Shown: piece after piece, positions 1 to 13,400 of the stretch
How positions within the stretch are numbered: position 1 is the stretch's first letter
How the letters are laid out: each line of letters opens with the position of its first letter
Virus record (IMG/VR): IMGVR_UViG_3300046167_000876
DNA length: 64,000 nt
DNA from: a virus
Reading direction: 5' to 3' (one strand)
The notes under the pieces: generated by a model
Database searches by the model: none
Told to the model about the DNA's origin: nothing
The model's input: only the letters and a program-made list of their open reading frames with translations
Translations under genes and position numbers: made by a program

Positions 1-569
1 TTAATAAAGATTTTCCTGATGGTATAGAACCTGGTTTTGCACAATTCCCAACAATTCAAACTGCATGGAATGTACAACCTTATGATGAAATTAGATTTAT
101 GGGTAAAGAAGAAGAAACTTATTCTATAACATCAATCATTACTCCATCTCAACAACAAAATAGTAGTTATATACAAGATGGTGTTGGGATGTTAGAAGTA
201 GTTTTAGATAGAGATATACATCCAAGTAATGATATTGTATTTGAATCTACTCCTGGGGGTATAGGTACATCTTTAGATGTTAAAGCAACAGCTTCTTTAT
301 ATTCAGGTGATGAGGAAGGAACTATTCAACCACAAATTAAAAAAGTAAACTTTGGACAACAATCATTTAGACCTCTTGATTTTTTCTTAGTAAGAAGGTA
401 CGTGGAAGATGCAAGTTCTCTTATTACATTCCAACAATACCCTTACGGTAATCCACCTATAAGTGCATCCTCAACAGGGTTTATTGCACCGGAGTACCCA
501 ACATCAAACCTAAAAACTAACCCAGATGAACTATTATCTGACTTAGTTGATAAAAAACTAATAGAGTAA
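1..569 (+). CDS. C-terminal part of a virion structural (baseplate-region) protein, truncated by the window start
   Basis: The frame is open from position 3 (NKDFPDGIEPGFAQFPTIQTAWNVQPYDEIRFMGKEE...) to TAA at 569, so the ATG at 99 is internal. It lies upstream of structural genes. Confidence 0.6.
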   Translation, partial: NKDFPDGIEPGFAQFPTIQTAWNVQPYDEIRFMGKEEETYSITSIITPSQQQNSSYIQDGVGMLEVVLDRDIHPSNDIVFESTPGGIGTSLDVKATASLYSGDEEGTIQPQIKKVNFGQQSFRPLDFFLVRRYVEDASSLITFQQYPYGNPPISASSTGFIAPEYPTSNLKTNPDELLSDLVDKKLIE

Positions 570-570
570 C

Positions 571-598
571 ATATTTATAACATATAATAATATTTATA
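571..598 (+). promoter_or_regulatory. Putative late promoter motif ATATTTATA, two copies (571-579, 590-598)
   Basis: The same motif lies 10-40 nt upstream of most virion genes in the window. Confidence 0.65.
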
Positions 599-611
599 TC
601 AAAAAAACAAA

Positions 612-1286
612 ATGGGATATTTAAATAACGCAATAATTACAGTAGATGCTATTTTAACTACTAAAGGTAGAGAAGCAATGGCATCCAATGATGGTTCTTT
701 TCAAATCACTCAATTTGCATTAGCCGATGATGAAATAGATTATACACTTTTTAATCCAACACATCCCTCAGGTTCAGCATATTATGGTGAAGCAATAGTA
801 AATCAACCATTATTAGAGGCTTTCCCGTTAGAAAGCCAAATAATGAAGTATAAACTTACAACACTACCTAGAGGTACAGCAAAAATGCCAATATTAAATC
901 TTGGTTATGCCGCTATTACTTTACAACAAGGAGCACAATTAGCTATTACTCCTCAAACTTTGAATTATTTAGGTAATGATCAAACCTTTGAAACTAGTGG
1001 GTATTCTGCTACTATTGCAGATGTAAGAACTTTAGCTTCTTTTGAAGGATTAGGAATCCAAAACGCAGCTACAACAAATGCAAATGCAAATGCAACAACT
1101 ACTGTTGGAACTAATGTATCATCAACTGTAACAGGAACACAAATAAATTTAAGAGCAACAACAATTAATACTTTATTTGGAACAAATTCAACTTTAGTAA
1201 CAACATTAACTGTAATTGGATTAGATAGTGGTGCAAGATTAACAATCCCAGTAACAATAACAAAACAATCATCCTTAACAGCATAA
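612..1286 (+). CDS. Conserved virion structural protein (baseplate/tail region) of large myophages
   Basis: MGYLNN..TVDAILTTKGRE..FQITQFALADDEIDY motif; Thr-rich Ig-like C-terminus; late motif upstream. Confidence 0.55.
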   Translation: MGYLNNAIITVDAILTTKGREAMASNDGSFQITQFALADDEIDYTLFNPTHPSGSAYYGEAIVNQPLLEAFPLESQIMKYKLTTLPRGTAKMPILNLGYAAITLQQGAQLAITPQTLNYLGNDQTFETSGYSATIADVRTLASFEGLGIQNAATTNANANATTTVGTNVSSTVTGTQINLRATTINTLFGTNSTLVTTLTVIGLDSGARLTIPVTITKQSSLTA

Positions 1287-1290
1287 AAAT

Positions 1291-2341
1291 ATGAGCTTTA
1301 ATAGATTAGACCCAGAAGATTTTGTAGTAAGTGCCGATGCTGTTTCAGCAACAGTATGGTCACAAAATCAACCCTTTCTTACAACATTTTTTTACATCTT
1401 CTGCCCAAGAAACAGGACAATCCGGAGATTATTACTTAAATATATTAAATACAGCTTCAAGTGAACCTAATTCTGAGGTACAATTTGCAATTGCTTATGC
1501 TGATCAAACAGGTGGTGGTGCTTCATCTTATAATCCTGCAGTAAATAATTATTCTCCTTCAACAACAATATATGGTTCATACAGAACTTTGGTATTAGAA
1601 GATGAAAATTCTGAATTTATATTTGGTGATGTATCTTCAAGCTTTTTTTATGCTATAAGTATTGATAGAGCTAGATATAAAGAAACTTTATTCCCAGGTT
1701 CTTTAAATTTACTATTATCTAGTAGTATAGCAGGTTATGATACATTACAATTAACAGATAATTCTCAAGATGTTACTATACCACAATATTTTGGTACAAT
1801 GAGAGCTTACCAAGTTATTAGTGGATCTAATGGTTCAGCTTATAATAAAACTACAGGTATTAATAATAATAATGTAGGATATACAAACCAAAGTGGTTCT
1901 TATGGTTTATTCCTTCCAGATATTTCTACTATTTTATTAAATGCAAATGCCTTAGATATTTCTGATTCTCCTGAAGGTATTAATTTAGGTACTAATAGGA
2001 CTTTAAATACCGATGCTAATAATGCCCAAAAATTATACATACATATGTCTGGGAGTGGGGGATCATCATTTGGTTTAGGTTGCCAAGAAACTATTACATC
2101 AGATTACGTATTTGTAAGAGCAAGAAGTTCAGAAATTAACTACTCAGAAAACCCATCATTTATATCAGGTTCAACTGGAGAAGTAATTTATTCATATTTT
2201 ATTAATAATCCAACTGTATATCCAACAACTGTAGGTTTATATAATGATAATAATGATTTATTAGCAGTAGCTAAGTTATCAAAACCTATACAAAAAGATT
2301 TTACAAAAGAAGCTCTAATACGAGTAAAACTAGATTTTTAA
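1291..2341 (+). CDS. Virion structural protein (baseplate-like). True start is probably ATG 1291, with a +1 indel in the T7 run at 1387-1393.
   Basis: MSFNRLDPEDFVVSADAVSATVWSQNQPFLTT joins FFTSSAQE if one T is removed. The C-terminal TTVGLYNDNNDLLAVAKLSKP motif is paralogous to the next gene. Confidence 0.65.
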
Positions 2342-2346
2342 GATGA

Positions 2347-3309
2347 ATGGCGGCTTTCAAACAATTCAATGCACCCGATATAATTGTATCACCATTAGAA
2401 GTAAATAAATCATTTACTTTTTCTGGTGACTCAGAATTATCAGCTTCAAATGTTGATGTTAATAGATTTTTAGGGGTAAATACTAATTTTACAGCTTCAA
2501 ACAATCAAGCTACAGGATTTAATTCAGGTAGCTTAATTTTATCTCAATCAACAGTATATGATAATATTAAACAATTATATTATTCTAATTATATAACTTC
2601 TAGTTTTGGTGATAATGCCGTAACTGCTAGCGTATTATTAGGTTCTGATGCATCTGGTGATGTGTTAATAGGTGGTGTGGGTTCTAACGGTAGATACTCA
2701 AATTATTTACAATCTACATTAACTCAATCACGTTTTTTCCCTACAGGTTCAAATGAAGAAATTTTAGTATTTTCAATACCTTCTAAATTATATGGAGATT
2801 ATATTCAACCAGAATCATTTGCATTAACTCTTGGTTATGATAGTACTAATTTCACTGATTTAGCAGAAATTACAGATGATGGAGAAGGCAATTTATTATC
2901 TGCTAGTATTAATGTAGGACAAATATTTTATCCTCATGGTATTGCTGTAATAACACAACAAGATTTTGATGGAAATAGTTTAGGAAATGCATATTTTAAT
3001 ACAGAAATATCTTGTTCATTTTCAAGTTCATATACAATTTATGAAACACAATATAAATGTACTATTAATGAAAGTGAATTTAATTTTTCACAAAACCCAA
3101 GTATTATATCAGGAAGTATAACAGATAATGCAATAACATCTAGTAATATACCTTATGATTTTGCCACTGGTTCTTATTTTAGTCCCTATGTAACTACTGT
3201 TGGTATGTATAACGAACAATATGAATTGTTAGCTGTAGGTAAATTAGCACAACCTTTACCTACTTCACAAACAACTGATACAACAATTTTAGTAAATATA
3301 GATAGATAA
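2347..3309 (+). CDS. Virion structural protein, paralogous C-terminus to the upstream gene
   Basis: EFNFSQNPS..PYVTTVGMYNEQYELLAVGKLAQP matches the upstream NYSENPS..TTVGLYN..LLAVAKLSKP; also a DDGEGNL motif. Confidence 0.6.
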   Translation: MAAFKQFNAPDIIVSPLEVNKSFTFSGDSELSASNVDVNRFLGVNTNFTASNNQATGFNSGSLILSQSTVYDNIKQLYYSNYITSSFGDNAVTASVLLGSDASGDVLIGGVGSNGRYSNYLQSTLTQSRFFPTGSNEEILVFSIPSKLYGDYIQPESFALTLGYDSTNFTDLAEITDDGEGNLLSASINVGQIFYPHGIAVITQQDFDGNSLGNAYFNTEISCSFSSSYTIYETQYKCTINESEFNFSQNPSIISGSITDNAITSSNIPYDFATGSYFSPYVTTVGMYNEQYELLAVGKLAQPLPTSQTTDTTILVNIDR

Positions 3310-4383
3310 TGGCATGTACACTTTCAAATACAGGAATACAAACGGGTTGTACAATACTTGCTACACAAGTATCACAATCTATAAATGCTTTTACAAAAGC
3401 AGAAGCATATGATATATCAATATCTGGTTCTCTTGTAGTAACGGGTAGTACATTTTTCTCTAGTTCAAATGGAGCAATGTATTTACAAGGTATAGGTCAA
3501 AATACTCAAAATCACGTTTTAACTTATAATTCTAGTAATGGTAATGTAACATTTGCCTCTTGTCAATGTTTTGTATCTCCCCCGGCAACAGGTGCTTATA
3601 TAACAGGAAGTGGAGAAGATATTAGACCAATAGCAGGACAAAATTCTACTAACAATTGCCAAAACTCAGGAATAGGTAGTGGTGCTAATAATAATGTAAC
3701 TTCTAGTTTTTCTTATATTGGAGGAGGTAGATCAAATAATATTTCAAATGCTTCTGATTGTTCTATAATAGGTGGTGGAACATTAAACAATATTATTTCA
3801 GCTGATAATTCTAACATATTAGGTGGATTCCGAAATACAATTAATAAAAATTCAGGTTATAGTGTAATATTAGGAGGGTCATGTAATGAAATAAATAGAT
3901 GTGGTAATTCCCATTTAATAAATGGGTGTGAGAATGAAATAATGGGTAGTGGAACAACTAATAGTTTTGGTACAATATTAAATGGTTGTTGTAATAAAAT
4001 ATGTGGTAATGCTAGTGGTTGTTCTTATAATACAATATTAAATGGTGAAGGTAATATTATTGAAAATTCAAAATATTCTGCTATACTAGGGGGGTTAGAT
4101 AATAAAGTATGTGCACCTGGGGGTAATATAATTGGAAATGATAATGAAATCCAATTATCACACGATCAATCTGTTATGATAGGTAGTTGTTTAACAAGGT
4201 TGTGCTGCTTGTACGGTTCATGTAAATAATTTAAATGTAGGGGTGTACAACACAAATGCAATTAAGAATCCAATTGGTAGTGGACAAGCAGGAATGTTAG
4301 TAGCTTGTGATGCAGGAGGTGGAGCAGCTGAGTTATATTTTCATAATGGAACAGCATATAAAAAGGTATGCTTAGTACCATAA
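3309..4383 (+). CDS. Cys-rich fibre/spike-like protein with GGxxN beta-solenoid repeats. Probably extends to TAA 4383 across indels near 4198-4270.
   Basis: Repeats IGGGxxN/ILNGxxN. The N-terminal QVSQSINAFTKAEAYDISISGSL matches the giant fibre N-terminus. Frame-corrected tail ..ACTVHVNNLNVG.. resembles ACTTHVNKLNIG in the giant fibre. Confidence 0.6.
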
Positions 4384-4397
4384 GAAATAATTTTATA

Positions 4398-4406
4398 ATA
4401 TTTATA
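4398..4406 (+). promoter_or_regulatory. Putative late promoter ATATTTATA
   Basis: 10 nt upstream of ATG 4417. Confidence 0.65.
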
Positions 4407-4416
4407 ATAAAACCTA

Positions 4417-7400
4417 ATGGCTAAGAAGTTAGAAAATATTTTTAATCCAAATGTTGATGAAATTTCACAAGGTTTTACAATCAACTCTTGGCATGTATCT
4501 CAATCTGTAGATGCATTTACCGCTGAAGATGCATATGATATATCAATATCAGGATCTTTAAATATAACAGGATCATCTACGTTATCAGGAAGTGTAGTAA
4601 TTGATACTTTACCTGATGCTTCATCAGGATATGAAGTAGTAGTAGTAGATTCTTCAACAAAACAATTAAAAAAGGCATCAGCTATAAGTGCTGGTTCATC
4701 AGGCACTTCAGGTACTTCAGGAACATCTGGTTCATCAGGTACTTCAGGTTCATCAGGATCAAGTGGCTCTTCAGGTACTTCAGGTTCATCAGGTGTAAGT
4801 GGTACTTCAGGTACTTCAGGAGCAGATGGGGATAGATATCAAACAACTTCAACAACTTCAGTAGCAATAGGAACAGGTAATACTTGTATTACAGTAGAAA
4901 CAGGATTAGCTTATTCAGCAGGCCAAGAAATGATTATGGCTAATAGTGATACTGCTTTTCAAACAGCTTTAGTAGTATCATATGATGAAGTAACAGGGGT
5001 ACTCTGTTTTGGTAGTTTAATAGAACAAGTAGGCTCAGGTACATATACATCATGGGAAGTAAACCTATCAGGTAATGTAGCAGGTTCAAGTGGTACATCA
5101 GGTACTAGTGGTTCTTCAGGAACATCAGGTGCTGATGGTAATGATGGTTCATCAGGTACTTCAGGTACTAATGGAACTTCAGGAACAAATGGAACTTCGG
5201 GAACAAATGGTTCATCTGGTACTAGTGGTACTTCAGATAGATATTCAACAACCTCAAGTACTTCATTTACATTAGGAGGAAATGGTACAATAACAGTAGA
5301 AACTGGTTTAGCTTATACTCCTGCTCAATCTATAATCATAGTTTATGATGTAAACAACTTCCAAGAATGTGAAGTTACATCTTATGATAGTTCTACAGGT
5401 GAATTAGTATTCCAATCTCCAACCAGAACAGTAGGTTCAGGAACTTATACAAGTTGGACAGTTAATTTAGATGGTGCTTCAGGTGGAGATGGTTCATCTG
5501 GTTCATCAGGTTCAAGTGGAACATCTGGAACAAGTGGAATTTCAGGTTCAAGTGGTACATCAGGAACTTCAGGTTCTTCAGGATCATCTGGTGTTAGTGG
5601 AACTTCAGGTTCATCAGGAACAAGTGGAACAAGTGGTACATCAGGAACCTCAGGAACTTCAGGTACATCTGGTTCAAGTGGAACATCAGGTTCAAGTGGT
5701 TCAAGTGGAACAAGTGGAACTTCAGGTACAGATGGTACATCAGGAACAAGTGGTTCAAGTGGAACTTCAGGTTCTTCAGGAACTTCAGGTTCTTCAGGAA
5801 CATCAGGAACATCTGGTACAGATGGAACAAGTGGAACAGATGGTTCTTCAGGCACATCCGGAACAAGTGGAACAGATGGTTCTTCGGGCACATCAGGAAC
5901 TAGTGGTTCAAGCGGAACCTCTGGTACTTCAGGAACTTCTGGTACTTCAGGCACCTCAGGAACTTCAGGTACAGATGGGACAAGTGGTTCATCAGGAACA
6001 TCAGGCACATCAGGAACTTCAGGTACAGATGGTTCTTCAGGAACAAGTGGAACTAGTGGGACTAGTGGAACCTCAGGAACATCAGGAACCTCAGGTACCT
6101 CTGGTTCAAGTGGGACATCAGGTTCATCAGGAACTAGTGGAACAGATGGTACTTCAGGAACAGATGGTTCATCAGGAACATCTGGAAGTTCAGGAACTTC
6201 AGGTACAGATGGTACAGATGGTTCAAGTGGTACAAGTGGAACAAGTGGCTCAAATGGTACAGATGGCTCATCAGGAACAAGTGGAACAAGCGGTTCATCA
6301 GGAACTTCTGGAACAAGTGGAACAAGCGGTTCATCAGGAACTTCTGGTACCTCTGGTTCCTCAGGAACTTCAGGGTACATCAGGAACTTCAGGTTCAGAT
6401 GGTACAGATGGCACTTCAGGAACTTCAGGTTCTTCAGGTACATCAGGTACATCGGGAACAAGTGGTTCCTCAGGAACAAGCGGATCTTCAGGAACATCAG
6501 GAACAAGCGGAGAATCAGATAAATATGCTACAACTTCAAGTACTTCTTTTACTTTAGGTAATAGTGGTACAATAACTGTTGATACAGGTCTTGCATATAC
6601 CCCTGCTCAATCCATAATCATAGTTTATGATGTAAATAATTTCCAAGAATGTGAAGTAATAACTTATGATGATACTAATGGTGAATTAGTATTTGGAAGT
6701 CCTACTAGAACAGTAGGTTCAGGAACTTATACAAGTTGGACAGTTAATTTAGATGGTGCTAGTGGTGGAGATGGTTCTTCAGGAACATCTGGGACTTCAG
6801 GAACTTCAGGTTCAAGTGGTACAAGTGGTACATCAGGAACAAGTGGTACAAGCGGTTCTTCAGGAACAAGTGGTACAAGCGGTTCTTCAGGTACATCAGG
6901 TTCATCAGGAACTAGTGGTACAGATGGTACTTCAGGTACAGATGGTTCAAGTGGAACATCAGGTACTACAGGTACTGCAGGTACAGATGGTTCAAGTGGA
7001 ACATCAGGAACAAGCGGAACTTCAGGTTCAAGTGGTACAAGTGGAACTAGTGGAACAGATGGTAGTTCAGGAACTTCTGGAACATCAGGTACTTCAGGTA
7101 CAGATGGTAGTTCAGGAACAAGCGGAACTTCAGGTTCGAGTGGTACAAGCGGAACTTCAGGAACAGATGGTACAGATGGTAGTTCAGGAACTAGTGGAAC
7201 TAGTGGAACAAGTGGTACTTCAGGAACTTCTGGTACATCAGGTGAAGTAGGAGATGATGGTTCTTCTGGTACATCAGGAACAAGTGGTTCAGATGGTTCT
7301 TCAGGTACAAGTGGTACTAGTGGATCTAGTGGTACATCAGGAACTTCAGGTTCAAGCGGAACAAGCGGAACTTCAGGTACAGACGGAACAGATGGTACTA

Positions 7401-10400
7401 GTGGTTCTTCAGGAACTTCAGGAACAGATGGTACAGATGGTACTTCAGGTACTTCAGGTACAGATGGAACAAGTGGCACTTCAGGTACAAATGGAACATC
7501 AGGTTCTTCAGGTACAAGTGGTACAAGTGGATCTTCAGGAACATCAGGAACATCTGGCTCAAATGGTACAGATGGAACAAGTGGTACTTCTGGTACTTCT
7601 GGAAGTAGTGGTACATCAGGTACTTCAGGTTCTTCAGGAACATCAGGAACCTCTGGTACAGATGGTACAGATGGCACTTCAGGTACTAGTGGTTCAAGTG
7701 GCACAAGTGGAACTTCTGGAACAAGTGGTTCAAGTGGAACATCAGGAACAAGTGGATCTTCGGGAACAAGTGGATCTTCAGGTACATCAGGAACAAGTGG
7801 GGAATCAGATAAATACGCTACAACTTCTTCTACTAGTTTTACCTTAGGTAATAGTGGAACAATAACAGTTGACACGGGTTTAGCTTATACAACAGCTCAA
7901 TCTATAATCATAGTTTATGATGTAAACAACTTCCAAGAATGTGAAATTGATTCATATGATAGTTCTACAGGAGAATTAGTATTTTTATCACCTACTAGAA
8001 CAGTAGGTTCAGGAACATACACATCATGGGAAGTCAACCTAGATGGTGCTAGTGGTGGAGATGGTAGTTCAGGTACATCAGGTACTAGTGGTACTTCAGG
8101 TACATCAGGCTCAAATGGTACAGATGGAACCTCAGGAACATCTGGTTCAAGTGGAACAAGTGGTGTTTCAGGAACAAGTGGATCATCAGGAACAAGTGGT
8201 ACTAGTGGTACTTCAGGAACTTCAGGTTCTTCAGGAACATCAGGAACTTCAGGTACAGATGGCTCTTCGGGCACATCAGGAACCTCTGGTACAGATGGTA
8301 CAGATGGTACTTCAGGTAATAGTGGTTCTTCAGGAACTTCAGGAACAAGTGGAACAAGTGGTTCAAGTGGAACTTCAGGAACTTCAGGATCAAATGGTAC
8401 CGATGGTACTTCAGGTTCAAGTGGTACAAGTGGAACATCAGGTTCAAGTGGTACAAGCGGGACTTCAGGAACATCAGGCTCAAACGGTACAGATGGAACA
8501 AGTGGTACATCTGGTTCAAGTGGAACTTCAGGAACATCTGGTTCAAGTGGAACAAGTGGTGTTTCAGGTACAGATGGAACCGATGGTACTTCAGGTACAT
8601 CAGGTTCTTCAGGAACTTCAGGAACAAGTGGATCATCAGGAACAAGTGGTACTAGTGGTACTTCAGGAACTTCAGGTTCTTCAGGAACATCAGGAACTTC
8701 AGGTACAGATGGAACAGATGGAACAAGTGGTTCTTCAGGAACATCAGGAGATTCAGGTTCTTCTGGGACAAGTGGTACTTCAGGAACAGATGGTACAGAT
8801 GGTACCTCAGGTTCAAGTGGCACAAGCGGAACTTCAGGTTCAAGTGGAACAAGTGGAACTTCAGGTACAGATGGTACAGATGGTTCATCAGGAACAAGTG
8901 GTACAGATGGTACAGATGGTTCATCAGGAACTAGTGGTACATCAGGAACTAGTGGTTCAAGTGGTACATCAGGAACATCTGGCTCAAATGGTACAGATGG
9001 AACAAGTGGTTCAAGTGGTACAAGCGGAACTTCAGGATCAAATGGTACTGATGGTTCTTCGGGTACAAGTGGAACATCAGGAACAAGTGGAACTTCAGGT
9101 TCTTCTGGTACATCAGGAACCTCAGGAAGTTCAGGTACATCAGGAACAAGTGGGGAATCAGATAAATATGCAACTACATCATCAACTTCTTTTACTTTAG
9201 GTAATAGTGGTACAATAACTGTAGATACTGGTTTAGCTTATACAACAGCACAATCTATTATTATTGTATATGATGTGAATAATTTCCAAGAATGTGAAAT
9301 TGATTCGTATAATAGTTCTACAGGAGAATTAGTATTTTTATCTCCAACAAGAACAGTAGGTTCAGGTACATATACATCATGGGAAGTTAATTTAGATGGT
9401 GCCTCAGGTGGAGATGGTTCTTCAGGTACAAGTGGTACTAGTGGATCAAATGGTACAGATGGTAGTTCAGGTACTTCAGGAAGTTCTGGAACTAGTGGAT
9501 CAAATGGTTCTTCAGGTACATCCGGAAGTTCAGGTACATCAGGAACTTCAGGTACAGATGGAACAAGTGGTTCAAGTGGAACAAGTGGAACTTCAGGTTC
9601 AGATGGAACAAGTGGATCATCAGGAACAAGTGGTACTAGTGGAGTAAGTGGTTCTTCAGGTTCAAGTGGTGAAAGTGGAACAGATGGTTCTTCAGGTACT
9701 TCAGGTTCTTCTGGAACAAGTGGTTTATCGGGTCCAACAGGTCCTTATGAATATCATGTTCCTGGGGACGAAGATTCAGGTATTCATCCTGTAAGTGGTT
9801 CAAATACTGCTAATGGTTGTTGGTCAACAATTGCTGGTGGTCAAAATAATGTTACAAATGGGAGTTGTGCATATGGATTTATTGGAGGTGGTTCTTCTAA
9901 CTCAATAAATACTTGTGCTATAGGTCAAGTTATTGTTGGTGGATGTGGTAATAGTGCCTCAGGAACCATTGGTGTTAATAAAGGAGATTATAACTTTATA
10001 GGTAGTGGTTGTGAAAACAGCAATACTGGTGGTATATCCGCTATTGTAGCTGGTAGAAATAACTGTATAACTGGTACAGGTCTTGGTGCTGCATTTACTG
10101 GTGCATCTGGTAGTTTTATTGGAGCTGGTGCCAATAACTGTATTAGTGCTGGGTGTTGTTCTGTAATTGTAGGAGGACGTCAAAATGTAAACTGTTCAAA
10201 CATTAGTTTTATAGGTGGTGGAGCAAGACATACTCTTGGAAGTGACGCAACCCAAGATGTTTATAACGTAATTGTAGGTGGTCTTTGTAATTGTGCTTTT
10301 GATTTTTACAACTTTATTGGTGGTGGTCATAAAAACTTTATCTCTTCTAGTGTAGGTGAAAGTGGAATTGCAAATGTTGTAGTTGGAGGAGAATGTAATC

Positions 10401-13400
10401 GTATTGGGGGTTCGAATAGTTTTATAGGAGGTGGTATTTGCAATTACCTTACTGGTTCATGGGGTGTTATTGTTGGAGGTTCAACTAATAAAAGCCTTGA
10501 TTATTCCAATGATAATTTTGTTATAGTTGGAGGTTTTAGTAATGAAAACTGTGCAGATTATACTTTTATAGGGGGTGGTTGTTGCAATGTAGCAGAACAT
10601 CAACATGCTTTTATTCTTGGATCAGATATAACTTCAGTTTCAGCTTGTACAACTCACGTAAATAAACTTAATATAGGTACTGTTAATACAGGTACTGAAG
10701 ATGATGTTCTTATTATAGCATCAGATGGTACTGTTAAAAAGAAAACAGCAGCAGCAACTTCAGGTACATCAGGTTCAAGTGGAACTTCAGGTACAAATGG
10801 AACATCAGGTTCAAGTGGAACTTCAGGAACATCAGGCTCAAGTGGTACATCTGGTTCAAGTGGAACTTCAGGATCAAATGGTACAGACGGTACTTCAGGA
10901 ACTTCTGGTTCATCTGGTACTTCAGGTACTTCGGGTACATCAGGAAGTTCAGGAACTAGTGGAACTGATGGTACTTCAGGAACATCAGGTTCTTCTGGAA
11001 CAAGTGGAACAAGTGGCACTTCAGGAACTTCAGGTTCAAGTGGAACTTCAGGAACATCAGGAACAAGTGGTTCCTCAGGAACTTCAGGAACAAGTGGTAG
11101 TTCAGGCACTAGTGGTTCATCTGGAACAAGCGGAACAAGTGGTTCAAATGGTACAGACGGATCATCAGGAACAAGCGGAACAAGTGGTAGTTCAGGTACT
11201 AGTGGTTCAAGTGGTACAAGTGGAACTTCAGGTTCGAGTGGCACAAGCGGAACTTCAGGAACAGATGGTACAGATGGTTCATCAGGAACAAGTGGTTCAT
11301 CAGGAACTAGTGGTTCTTCAGGAACATCAGGAACTAGTGGTACAAATGGTAGTTCAGGAACATCAGGTTCTTCAGGAACTTCAGGAAAAGATGGTAATTT
11401 TGGAGGTGCTACATTTGATTATACTTTTAGTACATCAACTTCAATAGCAAATCCTGGAGGAGGTAATGTAAGATTAAATAATTCAACTCAATTTTCTGCT
11501 ACAGAAATGGCAATTAGTGAGGTTGATGATCAAGGAGAAAGTATTCAAAGTTTCTTACAAACAGTAGATAGTTCAACATCAGCTGTAAAAGGTCACGTTA
11601 GGTTATCTGATAAAGATGATCCATTAGATTTCCTTTTATTTGCAATCTCTGATTTAACAGATAATGGAGCTTGGTGGACAATTGATGTTAGTAATGAAGC
11701 ATATGGGGGTAACAGTTTAACAAATGGTGAAGACATTATAGTATCATTTGTAGTTACAGGTGATAGAGGTGACGATGGTTCTTCAGGTTCAAGTGGAACA
11801 AGTGGTTCAAGTGGCACGAGTGGATCATCGGGAACAAGTGGAACAAGTGGTTCATCAGGAACATCAGGTTCCTCAGGTACATCAGGAAACTCAGGTTCAT
11901 CTGGTTCTTCAGGAACTTCAGGAACATCAGGTTCTTCAGGAACAAGTGGAACATCTGGTTCAAGTGGAACATCTGGTTCAAGTGGAACAAGTGGTTCAAA
12001 TGGTACATCTGGAAGTAGTGGAACAAGTGGCACTAGTGGTTCATCAGGAACTTCTGGTACAGATGGTACAGATGGCACTTCAGGAACTAGTGGTTCAAGT
12101 GGCACAAGTGGAACTTCAGGTTCTTCAGGTACTTCAGGTTCAAGTGGCACAAGTGGAACTTCAGGTTCAAGTGGTACATCAGGTACTACCGGAACTGCAG
12201 GTACAGATGGTTCATCAGGAACAAGTGGTTCTTCAGGAACATCAGGAAGTAGTGGTTCAAGTGGTTCAAGTGGTTCAAGTGGAACATCAGGAGTAGCTAA
12301 TATATTAGATAATGCTAATAATAGAGTTACAACAGCAACAGGAACACAAGGTGAATTACAAGCTGAAGCTAATTTAACATTTGATGGTACTCAATTAATG
12401 GTATCAGGATCAGGTAGTACAATTTTAGATGTACAAGGTTCTCAAGGCCAATTATTTTCTGTAACTGATGATTTATTAGGAACAGTATTTGCAGCATCAG
12501 ATATATCAGGAGTACCAATTTTACAAGTTAGTGCTTCAGGTTTAACACAACAAGATGGTGATATGTGTATCACTGGTTATACTCAAGTTAAGGGTAACTT
12601 TAACGTAAGACCAAATTCAAGTGGTGTTGGTGGAACTTTATCAGTATCAAGAAATGATGTTAATGGATGGAGCTCAGGTAGCCTTCAAATTAACCAAAAT
12701 GGTACCATAAATAAATCAACAATTACAGCAACGGGAAATAATGGAGGAGGAGGACTTGGTTCATCTGCTATGGGTTGTTTAGAATTCCTTACTAAGAATA
12801 CATCAGCTGGTACTACCTCAAATCCATTAAATCTTAATAGTGGTACTGTAAACATGCCTTCATTATTAACTAAAACTTCTACTTGTGTAGTAGTAGTAGA
12901 TTCAAATGGTGATTTAGGATATAGAGTAGAAGCAGGTTCTTCAGGAACATCTGGTTCTTCAGGAACATCAGGTTCATCTGGAACATCTGGTTCTTCAGGA
13001 ACTTCAGGTTCATCTGGAACATCAGGTAATTCAGGTTCAAGTGGTTCTTCTGGAACTTCAGGTAATTCAGGTTCATCTGGTTCTTCAGGAACTTCAGGTT
13101 CATCTGGAACATCAGGTAATTCAGGTTCAAGTGGTTCAAGTGGTACAAGTGGAGCAGCTACAATTACTAATTTAGGTAACAATAGAGTTACAACATCTAC
13201 AGGAGTACAAGGAGAACTAAATGCTGAAGCTAATTTAACTTTTAATGGCAGTACATTAGTAGCAATTGGATCATTAACTGTAGGTATGAGTAATTCTGAT
13301 AGAATAAACTTTACTAGTGGTAGTACATCTAATCTTGGTAATTTAACATCTGTATTAGGTGGTCATGATCATCTTATTACTATGGGTACCCAAAATGCAA

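Noticed and set aside
6373-6375. Possible programmed frameshift giving short and long forms of the giant fibre
   Set aside because: A single extra G with no slippery heptamer. Similar one-base indels also break genes at ~1390, ~4200-4270, ~26430-27000, ~35117 and ~39495-39685, which points to sequencing error.
4693-13153. Repeat tracts as a CRISPR array, a DGR template/variable repeat pair, or a non-coding satellite
   Set aside because: No repeat-spacer structure, no reverse transcriptase in the window, and variation is mainly synonymous and in frame.
4500-13182. Many minus-strand (VPEVPL..) and alternative-frame (VQVEHQE.., MFLKNL..) ORFs
   Set aside because: Shadow frames of the stop-poor 9-bp repeat; no independent start signals.
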